Source: an uncultured virus (IMG/VR IMGVR_UViG_3300044627_003100) (Duplodnaviria > Heunggongvirae > Uroviricota > Caudoviricetes). Taken from it: DNA of 64,000 nt. Under the pieces are notes generated by a model that searched no databases, had not been told where the DNA came from, and saw only the letters and a program-made list of their open reading frames with translations. Positions 51,941 through 62,035 of this stretch are shown here, piece after piece (position 1 is the stretch's first letter; every line of letters begins with the position of its first letter). The translations under genes and the position numbers were made by a program. The DNA is taken from the IMG/VR virus record IMGVR_UViG_3300044627_003100. One strand, given 5' to 3'.

Positions 51941-52420
51941 ATGGAAATGAAATTAATAGGACATGTAGGAGTTGATTCAGGTCAACTCCTACTCTGTGAT
52001 CCATGTTATATAGATTCTGAATGGTCTAAAGAAGAATTTACTGATATCAGAATTTACGAACACAAGGACACAAAAGAAAGACTTCAATATAGAGTGGACT
52101 TTCCACACTATGAAGCTGAAATTACAAAGTATGGCAAAAACATGAATGAGTTGCTCAAAACAGGTGAATGGTTAGACGTTCCTGCAACTGATTCTGAATT
52201 TCCATTTAGCTACAATGCTTGCTGCAAAGCAACATTGTCAAACAATGGACATGGTCAATTAAACTATAATGCTGGTCATCCAGGTGTTGGGGTAGCTTTT
52301 ACTACTCAAATTGGTGATGGTTACTATCCTGTATATGCAATATATAATGATAATGGAGATCTTTTAAAGGTAGAAGTATTATTTCAAAGTGATGATGATG
52401 ATGATGATGATGAAAATTAG
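51941..52420 (+). CDS. Hypothetical protein (DUF4241-like)
   Basis: VGVDSGQLLLCDPCY; GDGYYPVY. Confidence 0.55.
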   Translation: MEMKLIGHVGVDSGQLLLCDPCYIDSEWSKEEFTDIRIYEHKDTKERLQYRVDFPHYEAEITKYGKNMNELLKTGEWLDVPATDSEFPFSYNACCKATLSNNGHGQLNYNAGHPGVGVAFTTQIGDGYYPVYAIYNDNGDLLKVEVLFQSDDDDDDDEN

Positions 52421-52446
52421 TTTACAATTAAAAAAAATATAAAACA

Positions 52447-52695
52447 ATGAAAAACAAAGCAAAACGTATTGTCCTCGGAGAAGGAGAAGTAGTAGGTCAC
52501 AAGCATATTCTAGAATCTAAAAAAGATATAGAATATGATAGTACAAAAGATGGCATAACTTTTATGTTAAAAGAAATGGGTATTCTTACTCATGATGAAC
52601 ATGATCGTATGGTGTTTGAAAAAGGTAAATATAGATCTTACAATCAAGTAGAATTTAGTCCTTTTGACCAAACTATACAAAGAGTATTTGATTAA
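52447..52695 (+). CDS. Small His-containing hypothetical protein
   Basis: LGEGEVVGHKH...LTHDEH...QVEF. Confidence 0.65.
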   Translation: MKNKAKRIVLGEGEVVGHKHILESKKDIEYDSTKDGITFMLKEMGILTHDEHDRMVFEKGKYRSYNQVEFSPFDQTIQRVFD

Positions 52696-52954
52696 ACTTT
52701 TTATATTTGCGGTGATGATCCCAGAATGTTTATTATAATACCTTGTACCCTTGCCTCGGGGTTGGTTCAGACATAGATTACTTGACTTTTGTTAAACATA
52801 CTAACTGGGATATGGTTTTATATTCACAATAAAGTAATCAGGGGGGTTTAGCTGTACCAGAACAGCTAATTTTTTTATTATTTAGGAATATCTATGGGAT
52901 TATTTGTAAAATTCAATAAAAATTTGTATATTTATATTGTAAAACATATAACTC

Positions 52955-53617
52955 ATGAATATTCCTAAATCATTTGGTCTTAAAAAATGTGGTATTTATT
53001 GTATAACTAATATTGTAAATAATAAAATTTACATAGGTAGTAGTAAGAATATATATCATCGGTTAAAAAGACATTATTCAGAACTTAAAAGAGGCACCCA
53101 TACTAATAAATATCTACAAAATAGTTATTTAAAGTATGGGTCTTCTAGTTTTAATGTTTCTATACTTGAAGAAGTTTCTTATAAAAATCTTCAGAAAGTA
53201 GAGCAGAATTATATAAATACTTTAAAACCTAATTATAATATTACTATTGAAGTTATTAGAAATACACCTTCTTTAGAGTCTAGAATGAAAATATCAGCTA
53301 CTTTAAAAGAGCAAAAAAGATTAGGTACTCTTAAATATCCTACTCATAATGATAAGAAAAAACCTGTAGTAATTTATGATACAGATTGTAATTGTATTGG
53401 TAATTATGAATCAGAAAGAGCAGCTGCTAAAAAACTAGAAGAACTTTATCCTGGTCTTAATAATTCTCAATCTGTTGTAAATTCTACAGTTAATTTAAAA
53501 AATAAAAGAGTAGTTAAGAGGTATAAAAATCATTTTCTCTTAGCTCCAAATGAAAAATGTATAACTAAAAAACAATTATGTGAAACAAAAACATACAAGA
53601 GACACTATACAAGCTGA
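52955..53617 (+). mobile_element. Free-standing GIY-YIG homing endonuclease
   Basis: CGIYCITNIVNNKIYIGSS...R...E...YN. Confidence 0.9.
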
Positions 53618-54686
53618 TGCTTTAAAAATAGCTCTTATGCATAAAAGATGTGGGTTGGCTTTGAGCATGGGGGTTGGTAAAACATTAATAGGTTTAAAAT
53701 ATATAGATTATTTTCAGAAAGCAAATATGAATAAACTTAGAGTGTTAGTAGTAGCACCTAAACTATCTATATTTGAATCATGGAAAGATGATGCATCTAA
53801 GTTTGGTATATCAATAGATAATATAGAATTTACAACATATCTCTCTATTAATAAAGCTAATCCACATTATTATGATTTAGTAATATTAGACGAATGTCAT
53901 AGCTTATTAGATTCTCATGAAACTTTTTTAGCTAATTATAGAGGCAGAATACTAGGGTTAAGTGGTACACCACCTAGATATGTTACAAGTGAAAAAGGAC
54001 AAATGGTAAGAAAATATTGTCCAGTTGTATATAATTATATTACAGATGATGCAATCAATGATTCAATTCTTAATGATTATAAGATTATTATTCATAAAAT
54101 GCCATTAAGTAATAGTGATAATATACCTGTCACTATAAAGTCTAAGAATTCAGTTTTTTATACATCTGAAAAGAAAAACTATGATTATTGGACAAAACGT
54201 ATATTAGAAGCTCAAAGTAAAAAACAAGAACAAATAGCTTCTGTAATGCGTATGAGAGCAATGATGGATTATAAAACTAAAGAAAAATACACAATTGAGT
54301 TAATAGATGGAATGGAACAAAAGTGTATAATATTTTGTAATAGTCAAGCTCAAGCAGATAAAATTTATCCATACTCAGTACATTCAGAAAATCCAAACTC
54401 AGAAGAAAACCTTGAATTATTTAAACAAGATAAAATAGAAATACTTTCTTGTGTATTACAATTGAATGAAGGTGTAAATATACCTAATTTAAAATGTGGT
54501 ATAATTATGCATGCCTATGGTAATGAACGTAAAACATCTCAACGTATAGGTAGGTTACTAAGACTTAACCCGGAAGAAGTGGCCATTATACACATATTAT
54601 GTTATAAAGACACTGTAGATGAACGTTGGATTAATGAAGCATTGAAAGATCTTGATCAAACTAAAATTAAATATATTGACGTATGA
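53580..54686 (+). CDS. Superfamily 2 (DEXH) helicase
   Basis: MGVGKT, DECH, SGT, LNEGVNIP, QRIGRLLR. Confidence 0.9.
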   Translation: MKQKHTRDTIQADALKIALMHKRCGLALSMGVGKTLIGLKYIDYFQKANMNKLRVLVVAPKLSIFESWKDDASKFGISIDNIEFTTYLSINKANPHYYDLVILDECHSLLDSHETFLANYRGRILGLSGTPPRYVTSEKGQMVRKYCPVVYNYITDDAINDSILNDYKIIIHKMPLSNSDNIPVTIKSKNSVFYTSEKKNYDYWTKRILEAQSKKQEQIASVMRMRAMMDYKTKEKYTIELIDGMEQKCIIFCNSQAQADKIYPYSVHSENPNSEENLELFKQDKIEILSCVLQLNEGVNIPNLKCGIIMHAYGNERKTSQRIGRLLRLNPEEVAIIHILCYKDTVDERWINEALKDLDQTKIKYIDV

Positions 54687-55078
54687 CTAGTCATTTAACA
54701 GGAAAATTTATAAAAAAGAATGGAACACTTGAGTTTATTAATTTAGCAAATGCTAAACAATATGAACTTTATTTATCCAAAATTCCTGAAGGACAAATTG
54801 TAGAATTTTTTTATGAAATAACTCATGATGATGGAACACTTCCTCAATTAGCTAAAATACATGTTATAATTAAACAATTAGCTATGCACATTGGTGAAAC
54901 AGTAGAAAATATGAAGCTGCTAATTAAAGATAGAGCAGGACTTTGCATAGCTAGAGAAGTTTCTGGAAAAGAATACTTTTTAGCTAAAAGCTTTGGTGAA
55001 TGTTCAAAAGAAGAATTATCCTTAGCTATACAAGCTGCAATAGAAATAGGAGAAGAAGTTAACTTTCTGATTTCTTAG
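54683..55078 (+). CDS. Hypothetical protein (possibly NinB-like)
   Basis: QLAKIHVII..LA...G...KS...SKEELS. Confidence 0.5.
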   Translation: MTSHLTGKFIKKNGTLEFINLANAKQYELYLSKIPEGQIVEFFYEITHDDGTLPQLAKIHVIIKQLAMHIGETVENMKLLIKDRAGLCIAREVSGKEYFLAKSFGECSKEELSLAIQAAIEIGEEVNFLIS

Positions 55079-55361
55079 TAATTAAATCAGAATCAGAAAT
55101 ATCTTTTTCAGTATATTGACCTGATTTTTCTATTTCTTGTTCTAAAGCACTTACTAATGCACTAACAGTGAATATATTATCCATCCAAGCTTCAGGTAAT
55201 TCTTCACCTTTTTTAATTAGTTCATTTAAAGTTTTAAGTTCTTCAGGAGTATGTTCTTGACTTAAAGAAACCAATAATGTTTGAAATTTTTGAATAAACA
55301 AAGATCCAACTGTTATAGAAACACTAGCATCAGTTTTAATCATTTTAATTTTCTGATCCAT
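55059..55361 (-). CDS. Hypothetical protein, lone - strand gene
   Basis: 100 aa; upstream TAAATTTG matches the Bacteroidota -7 element. Confidence 0.6.
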   Translation of the reverse strand: MDQKIKMIKTDASVSITVGSLFIQKFQTLLVSLSQEHTPEELKTLNELIKKGEELPEAWMDNIFTVSALVSALEQEIEKSGQYTEKDISDSDLITKKSES

Positions 55362-55393
55362 ATTTTTAATTTACTACAAATTTAAAAAAATTT

Positions 55394-57047
55394 ATGACAC
55401 AAACAATAAATATAGAAGAAATTAAACAAAAAGTTATAGAAAGACTGTCCGCATCAGGTTGGTCTAGAAAGCTAAGAGGTTTTATTATGTCAAGTGATTT
55501 TGATAAAATAATAGAAAATCTAGCTAAAAACAAACAAGATGGTAAAAGATTTACACCACCTTTTAAACACGTATTTAAAGCTTTTGAAGAATGTCCTGAA
55601 AAAGATCTTAAGATTGTTATGATTGGACAGGATTAAATAAATTTGGTCAAGACAATATATTTTAGTATATTATATTATAGAGCAAATCTTTATTTATAAT
55701 TATGAAAAATACATTTTACCCTACTATTGTTGGAAATGATTTAATTAAGTTAGAACAATTTATTAGAGGAAGTTTACTAGGAGATGGTTGTATTCCTAAA
55801 ATTCAAGCAAAAGGTAAAAACTATCGTATGACTTTTGGTCACGGATTAAAACAAACTTGTTATTTAAACTGGAAACATCAGTTTTTAAATGATTTTGATT
55901 TAGCTGGAAAAATAGTTACAAGAACAGCAGTATTAGATAGATATAAAAACGGGTCTTGTACAAGTCTTCATTTTAAATCTAATACTCATCCTATATTTAC
56001 TAAATTTAGACAGCTTTATTATCCAGAAGGAACAAAAATTCTTAATAAAGAGGATGTTATTCTTTTAGATAAACAAGCTTTAGCAATTTGGTTTATGGAT
56101 GATGGTTATATTAATACTCCCAAAAATAAATCATCTTTTGCAGTTTTATGTACTACTTCTTTTACTAAAGAACAAACAGAATTTTTAATAGAACTCTTAT
56201 GGAATAAGTGGAACTTAAAATGTTATTACTATTCTAGTGAAAAAGGAATTAGATTTTCTGTAGATTCTAGTAAAAAACTACTTCAATTAATTAATCCATA
56301 TATAGTAGACTGTCTTAAATATAAAGAGGTCCTGTATAAATCGGGTGAATTGCTGGAACTCCACCAAACTAATAAGGACAATCAGCAGCCAAGCTAACTA
56401 GGGATGGTTAGAAGGTTCAACGACTAGATGTATACCACTAGAACAGTGATGAAACATCCACGAGCTCCCGACAATGTAAAGTGAATTACATTGATGATAT
56501 AGTCTGAGCTTACACAATGGTAAAGTGTAAGAAATAGAAGATAAAGAACTTCTATGATAACAAACTGCCTTATCCACATTTTGGTGTTGCTGACGGAATA
56601 GCTTTTTCTTGTTCATTAACACAAAAGCTTCAACCTAGTCTTAAAAATATATTTGATGCAATAGATGCCACTGTATATGAAGGAGTGCCTCGAAAAGAAC
56701 ATGATTTAGATTTATCTAGATGGTCAAGACAAGGTGTGCTTCTTTTAAACACAGCTCTCACTACACAAATAGATAAAGTGGGAACACATTATGATATATG
56801 GAAAGACTTTATAATGTATACATTAGATATGTTAAGTCTTACAAATTCAGGATTAATATTTATACTACTTGGTGCTAAAGCACAAGAGTTAGAATCAGTG
56901 ATAACACCTGCACACTATGTTCTCAAAGCTAGTCATCCTGCTTCTGCAGCATATACTAAAACAACATGGGATTGTAATGATGTATTTAATAAAGCTAACG
57001 AACTATTAGCTAAAAACAATGGTCCTGAATATAAAATTGAATGGTAA
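55394..57047 (+). CDS. ung: Uracil-DNA glycosylase (family 1), spliced: exon 1 55394-55633, exon 2 56568-57047
   Basis: Joined reading gives VMIGQD|PYPHFGVADGIAFS...QGVLLLNTALT...SHP, 239 aa in frame. Confidence 0.9.
55634..56567 (+). mobile_element. Group I intron in ung
   Basis: P1 GAU|UAAA-UAAA-UUUG-GUC with U-G splice pair; core AATTGCTGGAA, AATCAGCAGCC, GTTCAACGACTA, GATATAGTCTG; terminal G. Confidence 0.9.
55702..56397 (+). CDS. Intron-encoded LAGLIDADG homing endonuclease
   Basis: GSLLGDG and LAIWFMDDG motifs. Confidence 0.9.
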   Translation: MKNTFYPTIVGNDLIKLEQFIRGSLLGDGCIPKIQAKGKNYRMTFGHGLKQTCYLNWKHQFLNDFDLAGKIVTRTAVLDRYKNGSCTSLHFKSNTHPIFTKFRQLYYPEGTKILNKEDVILLDKQALAIWFMDDGYINTPKNKSSFAVLCTTSFTKEQTEFLIELLWNKWNLKCYYYSSEKGIRFSVDSSKKLLQLINPYIVDCLKYKEVLYKSGELLELHQTNKDNQQPS

Positions 57048-57072
57048 TAATAAATTAAAAAAAAACAAAACT

Positions 57073-57387
57073 ATGGCAGTAAACAAAGTGGATCTTTATG
57101 TATCCCAAATTTTAGAAGATTTGAACAATGGTATTACATGGCTTAAGCGTGATGATGTTGGATATGGCTCTATCCAAGAAAAATACAATGCTAAAGACCA
57201 GCAAATTGCAATGATTAGAAAGCATCCTAAATTAAAAGATGCAGAAACTAATGTCACTGTATTTAATGTAATAGATGATACTGCATCTGTAAAAGAAAAG
57301 CAAACTATTAACACACCAGTAGCTGTAAAAAAAGAGTTAGAAACTGCTACTGAAGAAACATCAGCAGAAGCATTTGCTAATTTATAA
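57073..57387 (+). CDS. Hypothetical protein (start refined to MAVNKVD)
   Basis: A-rich upstream context. Confidence 0.6.
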   Translation: MAVNKVDLYVSQILEDLNNGITWLKRDDVGYGSIQEKYNAKDQQIAMIRKHPKLKDAETNVTVFNVIDDTASVKEKQTINTPVAVKKELETATEETSAEAFANL

Positions 57388-57397
57388 TTAGTACATT

Positions 57398-58966
57398 ATG
57401 GTAAATAAATTAAGACCTAGTCCTTCAGATAGTGCCACAATGTATAATGAAGGATATGAATTAGTAGGTAATAATGGAGATATATGGAAAGTAGTATGTT
57501 ATAATAATGGTACTGGAAAATCTATTAAAAAATGGCATAATACAAAAATTAAACAATCTAAATCTACAATATATCATAAATTTAAAGTAGGTGATATTGT
57601 AAAAGTTGTAGAATCTGGTTATGGAGCTAGTAAAGATGATATGTACCAATTAGTAACAATTGTAGAATGTGGTATATATAGTAATAATTACCCAGGTTAT
57701 AAAGTACATCCAGCAATAGGAAATACAAAAGCTGGTTTTTATAATGGGATTATAAGAGAAGAATCATTTACACTAATCACTGCATCTGCAGAAATAACAT
57801 TAAACAAAATAAAAACAATGGCAAAGTCAACAAAATCAATTACAAAAAAAACTGCACAAGAAGTTCGTACTATTGAAACTTCTTTAATTAACAAAGAAGA
57901 AGTATTTAAAATGTTAGCTTTAGCTGAATCAACAGGTCTTCCTTGCTTATTAGTAGGAGATCCTGGTGTTGCTAAAACAAAAACAATTATAGAGTATGCA
58001 AAAGCATGGCTTAACAAAGATGGTAAAATGACTGCAGAAGATTTCATTAATAAAATATATATTTTAGAAACAGACGAAGGAACTAAAGCTTCAGAAATTA
58101 AGGGTATGCCTGATCTTTCTGTATTATTTACAGAAAATAAATATAAAGTTAATGCTCCTATTGCAGATGCTGAAATTGTTATTATTAATGAAGTGGACAA
58201 AGCAAGCTCAGCTATTCGTAATGCCATGTTAGGCGTAATGAATGAGAAGTTTCTTTTTAATGGTAAAGATAAAATTCCATGTAAATGGAAGCTTTTTATA
58301 GCCACTTGTAATGAAATTCCTAAAGATGAAGCTAATTCACCTTTCTGGGATAGATTTATGCTTAAAATGAAAGTGAGTAGAGTGAGTGCTGGTGAACTTG
58401 TTAAATATTATAACAAGGGAGGAAGAAACTATCGTGAAGTATTTAATATTTCTATACCTTCTACATCAGAAATTGAAAGCATTAATATTCATACAAAAAA
58501 GTTAGAAAAATATCTAGAAGTTGGTTATCAATCTAGTTCAGATCGTACATTAACATTTGTACCTAAACTTGCAAAAGCTGTTTCTTTTATATGGGATTTC
58601 TCTATAGATAAAGCTCTTGTAAAAACAGCACAAATAATGATTGATCAAAAGGCAGGTTCAGAACTTCAGAATAAACTAATGTCTAGTGAGGTGAAATCAG
58701 TTATGTCTAAAGTAGAAATGCTTCAAAGCTACACTACAAATGATGAACTTGAATTAGCTATTGCAGATATAGAAAGTCTTATCAACACTTATGTTAGTAG
58801 AAATATCATGGACGAAACACAAGTGGAAGAATTAGAACTTTCTATGCAGTATATTTTACAAAATCATCCTGCAAGAGTAGTCACTGATATTAACGTAGAT
58901 GAAAACTCTATGATGGCTCAGAGTGATGATTCTGTTTTAGTAGAAAGACCTGTTTCTGTAATGTAA
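57398..58966 (+). CDS. RavA/MoxR-like AAA+ ATPase with N-terminal extension (internal ATG 57818)
   Basis: GDPGVAKT; IINEVDKASSAIRNAML; ATCNEIP; FWDRF. Confidence 0.85.
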   Translation: MVNKLRPSPSDSATMYNEGYELVGNNGDIWKVVCYNNGTGKSIKKWHNTKIKQSKSTIYHKFKVGDIVKVVESGYGASKDDMYQLVTIVECGIYSNNYPGYKVHPAIGNTKAGFYNGIIREESFTLITASAEITLNKIKTMAKSTKSITKKTAQEVRTIETSLINKEEVFKMLALAESTGLPCLLVGDPGVAKTKTIIEYAKAWLNKDGKMTAEDFINKIYILETDEGTKASEIKGMPDLSVLFTENKYKVNAPIADAEIVIINEVDKASSAIRNAMLGVMNEKFLFNGKDKIPCKWKLFIATCNEIPKDEANSPFWDRFMLKMKVSRVSAGELVKYYNKGGRNYREVFNISIPSTSEIESINIHTKKLEKYLEVGYQSSSDRTLTFVPKLAKAVSFIWDFSIDKALVKTAQIMIDQKAGSELQNKLMSSEVKSVMSKVEMLQSYTTNDELELAIADIESLINTYVSRNIMDETQVEELELSMQYILQNHPARVVTDINVDENSMMAQSDDSVLVERPVSVM

Positions 58967-59023
58967 TACTTATAAATAGGGTGGAGAATTCTCCACCCTA
59001 TTTTAATACAAATAAATAGATAT

Positions 59024-60526
59024 ATGAAAAAAAACTATTACACAAATCCTTATACTATTCTTGAAAAGGTAAGAAAAGGAGAAATAAAAACTCATTATAG
59101 AAGTGAAGATGGTTTATTTGGAAGACTTGATTTTTATAAAAAACCAGATCTAGTAAAACCATATATACATTATATAGATGAAATAAGAATTAAAGAAATG
59201 ATGACTGAGTATTTATCAGGAGATTCATTAAAAAATAAAGCATATGATTATTTTAATTCTATTAAACAATTTTTACCTGCAGAAAAGAAAGTTGATCTTG
59301 ATAAGTTTATAAGTGAAGTTAGAGACGTATATCAATATTTTCCTAAACATCTTAATTACGATGTATTTAAAATGTATTATTCTAAAATAGAAAAGCTTGA
59401 ATTTGAAGAAAGAAATTATAAGAACTTCACTAAATATAAACTTTTAGAAAGATCAAATAATCCTGTAGGTAAAATCATGTCTGAAGGAAGTCATCTTAAA
59501 TCAGCTATATACACAAGAAATACAATTGGATACTTTCTTTTTGAAATGGCTCGTTTAGAATTTGTAGATCCTGATAAAGCTAGAGAACTTAAAAAGTCTT
59601 TAAGTGATGCTGGTTCTGAAGCTGGTAATCAAAATAAATTAGAAGAAATTCTTAAAGATATGTTTGATAATTCTAAACAGCATTATGAAAAACAAATGAA
59701 AGATGCACAAGAGATTTGTAAAAATCTTGATGAGAATGTAAGTGAAGATATTCAAGAAGATATTTACGCAAATCCAGATCAGAGAACAAACATGTCTGCA
59801 GGAAAGATGACAACTGATTTTATTGCTGCAGTTACTGCTCAAATTGATAATATAAAATTATCAATGGGTTCACTTAAAAATAGTCTTAAAAAAATACTTG
59901 ATAAAAGTATTAGTTATTTTTCAGCAAGAAAAGTGCCAGTGTATGATGATTTATTCAATGCTCAAGATATATCAGGATTAGAAGATTATGAGCTTTTACA
60001 TCCAAATCTTCGTAAGATATTTGCTGAAGATGTTCAAGTGAAAGATCATATAAATGTTGGTAAAATTAATATTTATATAGATGTATCAGGATCAATGGGT
60101 CATAGTTGTGGTGTTGTTAATGAAAAAGGAGATACTATATCACGAATGGATTTTGGAAAATCTATGATGGCTAAGTTAAAAGAAATGGGTATTTTGAACC
60201 AGATTTATCCTTTTACCAATCATGTTAAAAGTGGAGGAATTAAAACTGATATTATAAGTATTGCTACATTACAAGCTAATGGAGGAACAGACCTTAATCA
60301 AGTGGTAAAACATATAGAAAAAGGTGATAAAAATGCAATAATTGTAACAGATGCTGAAGATGGATGTCAGATTTATAGTAAAAAAGCCTTTTTTATTGGT
60401 GTAAAAGGTTCTTCTTTTCATAGATTTTCAAATGATGTTATGAAACAATATGCACAAAATGAACAAGTTATTCTATTTGATGGTCAAAAAATATCAAAAG
60501 TAAATGAAAAAGGATATGTAAGCTAA
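59024..60526 (+). CDS. ViaA-like vWA domain protein
   Basis: MIDAS YIDVSGSMG; NGGTD; IIVTDAED. Confidence 0.85.
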   Translation: MKKNYYTNPYTILEKVRKGEIKTHYRSEDGLFGRLDFYKKPDLVKPYIHYIDEIRIKEMMTEYLSGDSLKNKAYDYFNSIKQFLPAEKKVDLDKFISEVRDVYQYFPKHLNYDVFKMYYSKIEKLEFEERNYKNFTKYKLLERSNNPVGKIMSEGSHLKSAIYTRNTIGYFLFEMARLEFVDPDKARELKKSLSDAGSEAGNQNKLEEILKDMFDNSKQHYEKQMKDAQEICKNLDENVSEDIQEDIYANPDQRTNMSAGKMTTDFIAAVTAQIDNIKLSMGSLKNSLKKILDKSISYFSARKVPVYDDLFNAQDISGLEDYELLHPNLRKIFAEDVQVKDHINVGKINIYIDVSGSMGHSCGVVNEKGDTISRMDFGKSMMAKLKEMGILNQIYPFTNHVKSGGIKTDIISIATLQANGGTDLNQVVKHIEKGDKNAIIVTDAEDGCQIYSKKAFFIGVKGSSFHRFSNDVMKQYAQNEQVILFDGQKISKVNEKGYVS

Positions 60527-60529
60527 ATA

Positions 60530-60562
60530 AAAAAACCGGTGTATTTTATGTACACCGGTTTT
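60530..60562. terminator. Bidirectional terminator between convergent units
   Basis: AAAACCGGTGTA/TACACCGGTTTT. Confidence 0.75.
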
Positions 60563-60683
60563 ACTTTCCTTGTCCTCTATATTTAGAGACAGCTTTATCT
60601 TTAGGTCCTTTTGTTTTACGAGCTCTACGTCCTTTACGTTTTCCAAAAATTACTTTACGAGAGTCACTACTTCCTTTTTTCAT
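60561..60683 (-). CDS. Small basic protein, not in ORF track
   Basis: MKKGSSDSRKVIFGKRKGRRARKTKGPKDKAVSKYRGQGK; overlaps the amidase stop. Confidence 0.65.
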   Translation of the reverse strand: MKKGSSDSRKVIFGKRKGRRARKTKGPKDKAVSKYRGQGK

Positions 60684-61216
60684 TTGCTATATTGATTTAA
60701 TGTTAAAGCTATTTTACGAGCAATTCCTTGTTTATTAGCTTGATAGAGTTTCATATCTATTACATTTGATAAAAAACATGCTTCAAGAAGAATATTTTCA
60801 GCTCCAGGTCTCATCCAACCAAGAGTTTTTCTTGCACTCTGAGATTCAGGTTTTACACCTCTACTTTTAAAACCAAATATTGTAAAGCATTTAAGAATTT
60901 CTAATGCTAATGTTTGTTCAAAGCTAGAAGACTGGTCAGGAATGAATACTTCTGTTCCTTTTGCATCTGGTGTTGCACTGTTCCAATGTATGTCTAAAAG
61001 AATATCACCTGTGGTGAATTTACCTCTGAGCCATAAAAGAGTTTGTTTAAGAGCATTCTTATCATCATCTACTAAAGCATTGATTCCCAAGATTTTAAGC
61101 TCAGCTACAATTAAGTTTCTGAGTTCTATTGCTAGGTCACGTTCAATGTAGCCATTTCCTGAAGCTCCAGGATCTACACCACCGTGTCCAGCAGATATGA
61201 TGATTTTTCTAGCCAT
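60680..61216 (-). CDS. N-acetylmuramoyl-L-alanine amidase (Amidase_3 endolysin); start refined
   Basis: ISAGHGGVDPGA, E, DIHWNS, GTEV, LLEACF. Confidence 0.9.
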   Translation of the reverse strand: MARKIIISAGHGGVDPGASGNGYIERDLAIELRNLIVAELKILGINALVDDDKNALKQTLLWLRGKFTTGDILLDIHWNSATPDAKGTEVFIPDQSSSFEQTLALEILKCFTIFGFKSRGVKPESQSARKTLGWMRPGAENILLEACFLSNVIDMKLYQANKQGIARKIALTLNQYSK

Positions 61217-61415
61217 TGTCTTCAGGAGTTTCACTAAAGAAGTTAGAAATAAACTTACCAACTATAGCAACAATCATTACAATAGTTCCTGCAACAGGAT
61301 GTCCATTGAGTACAATTATAGTGCCGCCAAATGTTCCTGCAGCAGCTAAACTATCACCCAACACTCTAAGTCTCTTAGGAGTGGGTTCAAAATAGTGTTT
61401 CCAACCAAATTCCAT
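61209..61415 (-). CDS. Putative holin
   Basis: 68 aa with two hydrophobic segments; next to endolysin. Confidence 0.6.
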   Translation of the reverse strand: MEFGWKHYFEPTPKRLRVLGDSLAAAGTFGGTIIVLNGHPVAGTIVMIVAIVGKFISNFFSETPEDNG

Positions 61416-61416
61416 A

Positions 61417-62034
61417 TTATTTAATTTTAAGTTTCCAATAAGAGTCTATTCCGTAAACTACTGTTCCTTGTGTGGATATTCCTATATTAGCTCCAAAAAG
61501 CTGATCTTTCTTTGTTTTAAATAAAGCACCTATTCTAACTTGATTAACTGCAGCATTTTGACTAGCACCTATTCCACCACCTATATAAAGCTGATTTTTA
61601 GGCTGTTGGTGAATTGTTATAGTTTCTTTTATAACAGGATATTTAAGCTTCACCTCTGTGGTTCTACCTATAATTAGGTTCTTTTGAACTGTATCAGTTA
61701 TTTTTACGTATCCGTTTGTATCAATACGTATGGAATCTGAATGTATGTTCTTTGCTAACAGTTCTTTTACAATCTCCTGATACTGTCTTACTAATTTATT
61801 GTAATTGGTATCTGGTATGTAGTGGTTTATAATAGTGTCATGTGATGTTATCTGTATTGTATTAGTCAATCTTGGCTTACTAGCTATCAAGGAATCCTTG
61901 ACAACCCATATTGTATCTCTTTTAATAGAAGGAGGGATTGTATCTTGCTTACCACCCCCACATCTCTGTAACAAAATCACTGCTAATAAAATAAGAACAA
62001 TGAAATTGAGAACGTTAGATTTTATAAAATCCAT
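61417..62034 (-). CDS. Membrane-anchored protein in lysis cassette (spanin-like)
   Basis: N-terminal TM with Cys; C-terminal beta-strands ending in YWKLKIK. Confidence 0.55.
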   Translation of the reverse strand: MDFIKSNVLNFIVLILLAVILLQRCGGGKQDTIPPSIKRDTIWVVKDSLIASKPRLTNTIQITSHDTIINHYIPDTNYNKLVRQYQEIVKELLAKNIHSDSIRIDTNGYVKITDTVQKNLIIGRTTEVKLKYPVIKETITIHQQPKNQLYIGGGIGASQNAAVNQVRIGALFKTKKDQLFGANIGISTQGTVVYGIDSYWKLKIK

Positions 62035-62035
62035 A

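Noticed and set aside
52389..52412. (GAT)n microsatellite
   Set aside because: Encodes an ordinary poly-Asp C-terminal tail.
52745..52770. HDV-like/theta ribozyme (CCC-TTGCCTCG-GGG)
   Set aside because: No matching P1, P1.1 or P2 found.
56398..56622. 74-aa - strand ORF; also 56685-57047 as an independent gene
   Set aside because: The first is antisense to the intron core; the second is part of ung exon 2.
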